Shown: positions 58,217 through 64,000 of the stretch, one piece after another
Layout: the number at the start of each line of letters is the position of its first letter
Position numbering within the stretch: the stretch's first letter is position 1
Origin: Candidatus Woesebacteria bacterium
GTDB taxonomy: Bacteria; Patescibacteriota; Microgenomatia; UBA8517
Length of the DNA: 64,000 bases
Reading direction: 5' to 3'
NCBI GenBank assembly: GCA_003484955.1
Contig: DMZH01000002.1
Span: 14,825-78,824 of the forward strand
Notes under the pieces: model-generated
Database searches by the model: none
Told to the model about the DNA's origin: nothing
What the model saw: only the letters and a program-made list of their open reading frames with translations
Translations under genes and position numbers: made by a program

Positions 58217-59270
58217 TGAATTGTTGTTAACATTACTAATTCCGTGTTTGAACGAAGAAGAAACAATCACCGATGTAGTTGAGACCGCATTTAGAGCCGG
58301 GAAAAAGGCTAAAATTAAAAATTTTGAAATATTGGTTGCAGATAATGGAAGTAATGATGGTTCTGTTGAAAATGTAAAAAAACAAAAAATCGCGAGATTG
58401 ATAAAAGTGCCAGTTCGGGGTTATGGCGCAGCCTTACATTGGGGGATTCTTCATGCCAAGGGTAAATATGTTCTTTTTGCGGATGCCGACTTAAGTTACG
58501 ATTTTTTTGAAATGTCGAAATTTCTGAGATTTATACAGAAAAATTACGACTTAGTGTTGGGTTCCAGAATGAAAGGAAGTATTGAAAATGGGGCGATGCC
58601 ATTTTTAAATCGGTATATTGGTACTCCGTTTTTGACTTGGCTTATACGTTACATGTATCGGTTGAAAACAACGGATTGTAATTCGGGAATGCGTTTGGTT
58701 AGAAAAGATTTTTATAAGAGTTTGCATATGAGAAGTTCTGGAATGGAGTGGGCGAGCGAACTGTTGTGTAAAACAGCGCTTAATAAAGGAAAATATTCGG
58801 AAGTACCAATAAATTTTTATAAGGACCAAAGGAGTGTTCCCTCACATCTTATACGATGGACAGACGGATGGAGACATCTTAAGGCAATCCTTTTGCTCAA
58901 ACCCGACTACTTGTTTTTACTTTCACTGATTTTGATAATTTTTTCCTACTTTTTGTTGAAAGAACTAATTGTTTTATCATTATATTTATTTTTATTGAGT
59001 ATTTCATTGTTTTTATCGACTATTGCTGCAAAATTATTGAATCTTGTTATTATTAAAAGGGAAAGTAAAATAATGGATTTTGTAATAAAAATATCAATTG
59101 TAAAAATTGGAATATTGATAACCATTACTGTTGCGATGTTGTCCGTAGTACCATTTTTCTCTTTGGAAATCAAATTATTGTTTATTGGTCTGGTTGTTGT
59201 GTTTGATATGTGGGTTTTTCTTATAGAAACAATTAAAACACATTTGGTAAACCCCCTCCCAGAGCCATGA
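58209..59270 (+). CDS. GtrB-like GT2 with C-terminal TM segments
   Basis: LTLLIPCLNEEETI...ILVADNGSNDGS...FADADLSYD...CNSGMRL, followed by about 4 C-terminal TM helices. Confidence 0.75.
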   Translation: MDNELLLTLLIPCLNEEETITDVVETAFRAGKKAKIKNFEILVADNGSNDGSVENVKKQKIARLIKVPVRGYGAALHWGILHAKGKYVLFADADLSYDFFEMSKFLRFIQKNYDLVLGSRMKGSIENGAMPFLNRYIGTPFLTWLIRYMYRLKTTDCNSGMRLVRKDFYKSLHMRSSGMEWASELLCKTALNKGKYSEVPINFYKDQRSVPSHLIRWTDGWRHLKAILLLKPDYLFLLSLILIIFSYFLLKELIVLSLYLFLLSISLFLSTIAAKLLNLVIIKRESKIMDFVIKISIVKIGILITITVAMLSVVPFFSLEIKLLFIGLVVVFDMWVFLIETIKTHLVNPLPEP

Positions 59271-59962
59271 GAAAAAAAATTTATTGGTCTACTGATCCTG
59301 GAAACAAAGTTACATTTGCTAGAAGAACCCTTAGCTATTTATCCTTAAAGGTTCGAGAAGAACAATTTAGAATTTTCATTGAGTCGATTAAACCAAGAAG
59401 GGGAATGAAGATCTTAGATATGGGTGTAACTCCGGTTGAGGACCTAATAGATTCGAACTTTTTCGAAAAAAGATATCCTTATAAAGAGGATATATTAGCC
59501 GCGTCTGTTGAAGATTGTCACAAATTAAAACAGATATATCCCAGAATAAGATTTAAGAAGGTCGAGCCACATTCTAATTTTCCTTTTCGATCCTTGCAAT
59601 TCGATATCGCAGTATCTTGGGCAACCCTAGAACACACAGGGACAAGAAGGACACAAAGTTTATTTTTAAAGGAGCTCGCGAGAGTTGCTAAAAAGGTTTT
59701 CGTTACGACTCCAAATAGAAACCTGTTTTATGAACCCCACTCTGGTTTATTGTTTGTTCATTGGTTACCTAATAGGTATTTTAGAAAGATATGTAAATTG
59801 TTGGGTAAGGACTTTTGGGGAGATATTAACAATTTGAATCCTCTAAGCAGTAAGGATGTTCAAAATATTTTGCCAATTAAGAAAAAATTTGAAATAAGAA
59901 GCTATAAAATGTTTGGGATATTATCTTCTCACGTTTTGATTATTAAAAATGATGCAAAATAA
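59267..59962 (+). CDS. SAM-dependent methyltransferase (Methyltransf_23/FkbM-like)
   Basis: Motif-I-like ILDMGVTP and later VSWATLEHT. ATGA overlap. Confidence 0.55.
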   Translation: MRKKIYWSTDPGNKVTFARRTLSYLSLKVREEQFRIFIESIKPRRGMKILDMGVTPVEDLIDSNFFEKRYPYKEDILAASVEDCHKLKQIYPRIRFKKVEPHSNFPFRSLQFDIAVSWATLEHTGTRRTQSLFLKELARVAKKVFVTTPNRNLFYEPHSGLLFVHWLPNRYFRKICKLLGKDFWGDINNLNPLSSKDVQNILPIKKKFEIRSYKMFGILSSHVLIIKNDAK

Positions 59963-61838
59963 CTTTACACTCATAGTTTATTACTTGATTTATATAAGTT
60001 CTGTTTTGGGTGTGGGAAATTATATAGGGAGAAGAATGTTGAAACTTGATTTTGGGAGTGAGGCAGAAAAAACATTTTATGCCTTTGCATTGGGTAACGT
60101 ATTTTTTTCACTTGCCTTTGTTTATTTAGGCATCTTTCACTTATTGTATAAAGAATTAATTCTTGGTTTATATCTGGCTGGTTTTATTTTTACAATTTAT
60201 TCTGCTCACAGACTCATTAAGCCAAAATTAATAAAGGAGTTATTTCTTAACGTTATTAAAAATCCTTTTAATCTTTGGATATTTTTTTTATTTGCCTTTA
60301 TTCTTTTACCTCTTGTTCCCAATCTCTTTCTATTCCCTACTTCTTGGGATTCTTTGGCTTACCACTTGTCTTTGCCTAAACTTTATCTTCAGTATCATTA
60401 TTTTCCCGTATTGCATTGGTTTCCTGAATTAGCTTATCCCATTGGAATAGAGTCATTATTTGGATACCCTGAATCTGTTGGCGACCCTCGTATTAGTAAT
60501 CTAATAGTATTTACTTTTTTGTTAATGACTGTTGGTTATTTGGTGTATGGGTTGCAGAAAGGTTTTGATAAAAGAATTGGCCTTATTGCAGCACTCCTTT
60601 TTCTTTTTCGACCTATACTCTTTACAGAAGTTGCAGTGACCCCGATGACGGAATATCCAATGGCTTTTTATGGACTAATTTTTGGAATATCTATGATCAA
60701 GTTTTTTAAAGATAAGGAAACTTCTTCTTTTGCATTACTAATTATATTCGGGTCGTTTATTTTTTTGATCAAATACTCAGGACTTCTTTTAATTGCAGCT
60801 GTGGTTTTAACGTTCTGCTTTTACATAAAAAAAGAAAAATTCAAGTTTAGTTGGCAAAACGTGCTTTCGTATTTTACGAAAAAAGATAAGAAACAATTGC
60901 TAATCAAGCTGGTGTTGCTCTATTCGATCATTCCCGCTTTATTTTGGGTGGGGAGAAATTATATCGCAACAGGTAATCCGATACATCCTTATTTGGATAA
61001 TGTTTTTCAAAATAAACGTTCTTTGAATCAGATTTCGATTATCGACTCGATTAAAAAAGATAATCTTGTTTTACCAACAACCATAAATCGGTTGCTTGCC
61101 CACCAAGACGATGGTCACGATTTTTTAATTATTTCGGAAACCATCTTTTTCTATTTAATGTTACTCACAATGGCCTTAGGCGTGATAAAACTGAAAGGAA
61201 ACACGAGATACTTGGGTTTCTACGCTTTGACATCTCTATTACTAATTTTATTTTCAGTCGGCCCACTGACGCGTTATTATTTTCCTGTTACACCAATATC
61301 ATCTTTAGTGGCAGTGGGGGTGATATTTGAAATAATTAAAAAACGTACAGCTTGGAGTTATCTTTTTGTTACGTTTTTCTTAGTTGTTGTGGCCATACAG
61401 GTTGATTCATCTTTTTATCAAAGAGGAAAGTTTTATACAAATTTTTCAAAAGTTGAACTTCTTTCGTATTTTAGTTCCAATAAAGCAAAAAAGTCACTTG
61501 TCGCTCAGGACAACTATAAAGCAATAGAGTTCATGAATATAAATCTGGACAAATCAAAAAATAAAGTGTTGGTACTATTTGACAATAGATTTTACTATTT
61601 GAATACCCCCTTTATTTATGGGAATCCGGAAATTGGTGGAATTATTTCTAATCCGAACACGAAAAATGCATTTGAGGTGTATGAAAAACTCAGAATTTTA
61701 GGCGTAACCCATATTTATGAGAACACAAATTGGGGAATCCATCCCAACATAAGAGAAGATATTTATAATAACTTTAAAAAAGATTTCTTAATAGAAATCT
61801 TTTCATCTCAAGGAACGACGGTTTATTTCCTTAAATAA
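59949..61838 (+). CDS. large polytopic membrane protein, GT-C-like candidate
   Basis: 629 aa with about 13 TM segments and a C-terminal soluble domain. Loop FPTSWDSLAYHLSL. Confidence 0.5.
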   Translation: MMQNNFTLIVYYLIYISSVLGVGNYIGRRMLKLDFGSEAEKTFYAFALGNVFFSLAFVYLGIFHLLYKELILGLYLAGFIFTIYSAHRLIKPKLIKELFLNVIKNPFNLWIFFLFAFILLPLVPNLFLFPTSWDSLAYHLSLPKLYLQYHYFPVLHWFPELAYPIGIESLFGYPESVGDPRISNLIVFTFLLMTVGYLVYGLQKGFDKRIGLIAALLFLFRPILFTEVAVTPMTEYPMAFYGLIFGISMIKFFKDKETSSFALLIIFGSFIFLIKYSGLLLIAAVVLTFCFYIKKEKFKFSWQNVLSYFTKKDKKQLLIKLVLLYSIIPALFWVGRNYIATGNPIHPYLDNVFQNKRSLNQISIIDSIKKDNLVLPTTINRLLAHQDDGHDFLIISETIFFYLMLLTMALGVIKLKGNTRYLGFYALTSLLLILFSVGPLTRYYFPVTPISSLVAVGVIFEIIKKRTAWSYLFVTFFLVVVAIQVDSSFYQRGKFYTNFSKVELLSYFSSNKAKKSLVAQDNYKAIEFMNINLDKSKNKVLVLFDNRFYYLNTPFIYGNPEIGGIISNPNTKNAFEVYEKLRILGVTHIYENTNWGIHPNIREDIYNNFKKDFLIEIFSSQGTTVYFLK

Positions 61839-61843
61839 TATAT

Positions 61844-63403
61844 ATGCAACGTTTGACGGCTTTTATTCAAAAAAGATATTTGATTGCAGTTTCTCTTGTT
61901 GCAACACTGATTTCGGTGCCCGGCCTGTTTATTGATTGGTCATTTGTGGATGACGGGGTTACTGTAATGATTTCTCAAAAAATTAATGACGCAGTTTTTC
62001 ATCAGAAAGATTTATTAAGTCTTTTATCACTTATCATAGAGCCGGAAAACGGAAGAGTTAGGTCATTTTATTGGCTGTTGCAGTGGTTTTTTTGGTTGAT
62101 TTCGGAAAATTCTGCTTTTTTGAGACATTTGTATCTTCTTTTAATGGTTCTTGGTATTTCAGTTATCTCCGCCTGGTTGATTTATAAGACGATAAAAAAT
62201 AAACTAGTGGCATTTTTTGCATTGTCCGTCTGGCTTATAAACAGCGGTAATAGCGAAAATTGGTATAGATTGGGTCCTCAAGAAATTCCCCTGATGCTTT
62301 TACTTCTTTCAAGTTTGGCTTTGTTGCTATATTCCGTTGACTTTTTTGAATCAAGTGGAAAAAAGCGACAGCCATACTTTCTCTTATCGTTACCACTAAT
62401 TCCGATGGCTTTTTATACAAAAGAAATTGGTATGGGATATTTTGGTGTTATAGCGTCAACCGTATGTATTTTAATGGTTCTAAAACCATTTAAATATATA
62501 AACTGGGCTAGAATTTGGATTTATGTTGTGGTAACTTTACTTAGTAGCGTGTCTGTAGTTTTGTTATTAATTTATGTCTCTAGCCTTAAAAGTGGGACAT
62601 ACTCAGCATTTTACTCTATAAGTCAATCGGGTGTAGTAAGCGGTCTTAAAACATATTTTACTTCGTTAGTAAGATCTATCTACCCGTTGTCATATATTGG
62701 AATATTTGGGTTTTTGGTTTGGTTGTTTTTTTACAAAAAAAAGAGAACGGAATTTTTTTGGATTTTTTTTTGGGTCGCTTGGACTGCGGTTTTCTTGATG
62801 ATTCAAATTCCTTGGGGAATTCCTCTTCCTAGATACCTTCTTCTTGCAAGCTTTGGTGCATCTGTTGTAATGGTTGTTGGTATTCATAAGCTTATAAATT
62901 TTGTACGATTAAATTTTTCACCTAAGATATACTTTTTGTTTATATTAGCCTTGGCAACAATCTCTGCAAGATATGTTCTATACCAAAGCCAAGATATCTA
63001 TAATTACCTTGAGACACAAATTGTCGGCACAAATGTCTCTCAAGATTTTTTGAAATATTTATCGTTAAATATGCAGAAGGGTGACAGACTGGTTATGAAT
63101 TTTCCCAAGAATGATGTGTATCTGGAATTAGTTTTCGAAACCGGATTACACCTAAGGACTTTTTACGGCAGATCAGATATCAGCCTTGCATATGTTCAAG
63201 ATGTTGATAAAATTAATCATTCTGATTGGATAGTTGGTTTAAAGCCGCATCAGAATATCCCGATAGTCATGCAGTATCCGCAAAAACAGTCGTTTTTTAG
63301 AATAACTTTTTTTGACGTAAAGCAAAATCAGGAAATAATTAGAAATATTGTGTCATTAAAAAACTGGACGCAAACAGACACGTGGTATGTTCAAAAAGAA
63401 TAA
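61844..63403 (+). CDS. polytopic membrane protein, ArnT/PMT-like GT-C candidate
   Basis: First loop FIDWSFVDDGVTVM (DD). About 11 TM segments. Soluble C-terminal domain. Confidence 0.55.
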   Translation: MQRLTAFIQKRYLIAVSLVATLISVPGLFIDWSFVDDGVTVMISQKINDAVFHQKDLLSLLSLIIEPENGRVRSFYWLLQWFFWLISENSAFLRHLYLLLMVLGISVISAWLIYKTIKNKLVAFFALSVWLINSGNSENWYRLGPQEIPLMLLLLSSLALLLYSVDFFESSGKKRQPYFLLSLPLIPMAFYTKEIGMGYFGVIASTVCILMVLKPFKYINWARIWIYVVVTLLSSVSVVLLLIYVSSLKSGTYSAFYSISQSGVVSGLKTYFTSLVRSIYPLSYIGIFGFLVWLFFYKKKRTEFFWIFFWVAWTAVFLMIQIPWGIPLPRYLLLASFGASVVMVVGIHKLINFVRLNFSPKIYFLFILALATISARYVLYQSQDIYNYLETQIVGTNVSQDFLKYLSLNMQKGDRLVMNFPKNDVYLELVFETGLHLRTFYGRSDISLAYVQDVDKINHSDWIVGLKPHQNIPIVMQYPQKQSFFRITFFDVKQNQEIIRNIVSLKNWTQTDTWYVQKE

Positions 63404-64000
63404 AACAAAATCCCTCTATCTTAGAAATCTGTCAAACTTAGCAGTTAATCTTTTTCCTTTTTTTGCTGTTGGGTTAGGTGTTTTAATTGTAATCCAGTCA
63501 GTAACTTATAAGGGTTTTTTTGAGAAAAATCTGCATTTCGATTTTGGCTTAGTTATATTTATGTTTGCTCTATATGCATTGTTAACAAAATATTTTATAC
63601 TTTCCCACTGGAGAAAAGAAAATCTCTCACGGTCTATTTATCATACTTTCTCAAATCTAAACAAATTGGTGCTTTCTGGACTTTTTGTTCTTGGGATTTT
63701 CTTTTCTGTGATGGAGTCGGTAAAATATAATAATTATGTATACTCCACCTTTCATGTCAACCCAGAAAATTTTTGGGGCTTGGTGCAATTTTGCTTTTTA
63801 ATTTTAGTTCTTCAATTGGATTCCACGACCCATATTGGAGGGGTTAAGATTTTCCAGGATAGATGGGATACGACCAATTTTTTAAATAAGGGCTTGATAC
63901 CAAAATCAGAATTAGTAAGAAAATCGGTTTTTCATAGATTGGTCGAGATATCTATTTTTTTTGGTCTCTTATGGGTAGTAGTCTCGGGCGCTTCAGGGGT
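63387..64000 (+). CDS. membrane protein, N-terminal part (runs off the 3' end of the window; absent from the supplied ORF track)
   Basis: The ATG at 63387 opens a frame with no stop to nt 64000 (MFKKNKTKSLYLRNLSNLAVNLFPFFAVGLGVLIV...). Hydrophobic segments throughout. Overlaps the previous gene's 3' end by 17 nt. Confidence 0.6.
   Translation, partial: MFKKNKTKSLYLRNLSNLAVNLFPFFAVGLGVLIVIQSVTYKGFFEKNLHFDFGLVIFMFALYALLTKYFILSHWRKENLSRSIYHTFSNLNKLVLSGLFVLGIFFSVMESVKYNNYVYSTFHVNPENFWGLVQFCFLILVLQLDSTTHIGGVKIFQDRWDTTNFLNKGLIPKSELVRKSVFHRLVEISIFFGLLWVVVSGASG

Overview
The window is an AT-rich (roughly 60% A+T by eye, not computed), gene-dense stretch that is almost entirely a cell-envelope glycosylation super-locus. 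I count about 60 protein genes and no rRNA, tRNA, CRISPR array, transposase or integrase. Most genes lie on the + strand. Many adjacent genes overlap by 4 nt (ATGA or TAATG junctions) and few have a Shine-Dalgarno sequence. Together with non-ATG starts and the gene content, this suggests a Candidate Phyla Radiation (Microgenomates-like) bacterium; that lineage call is inference.

Gene content, from translated motifs:
- Nucleotide-sugar genes: a 5'-truncated rmlC, rmlD, an isolated trmD on the opposite strand, fcl (GDP-L-fucose synthase), an extended-SDR epimerase and a classical SDR.
- About 16 GT2 glycosyltransferases. Several are DPM1/GtrB-like polyprenyl-phosphate hexose synthases, and one is fused to a GtrA-like domain.
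- Two GT4 enzymes, one Wzx/MOP flippase and three class I SAM methyltransferases.
- About 20 large polytopic membrane proteins with the hallmarks of GT-C fold glycosyltransferases (ArnT/PMT-like with a DE-type motif, PTPS-related/YfhO-like, GT87/DUF2029-like, PIG-V-like). Several sit in tandem paralogue arrays: six in a row at 33232..43576 and four in a row at 24676..29624.

Non-glycosylation content:
- A DHH/DHHA1 NrnA phosphoesterase.
- A NUDIX hydrolase.
- A two-gene cassette (possible AttH/CrtC-like protein plus a small P-loop kinase) behind a near-consensus leaderless sigma70-type promoter.
- A C4 Zn-ribbon protein.
- A solitary AbiEii/MenT-like nucleotidyltransferase toxin gene immediately upstream of a GT2 whose N-terminus is a methyltransferase half-domain lacking its SAM-binding motif. 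This sits in the only sizeable minus-strand island (52219..54233).
- A gene start at 63387 that runs off the window end and is absent from the supplied ORF track.

All family assignments rest on motifs read from the translations and on remembered family signatures; no database search was run.
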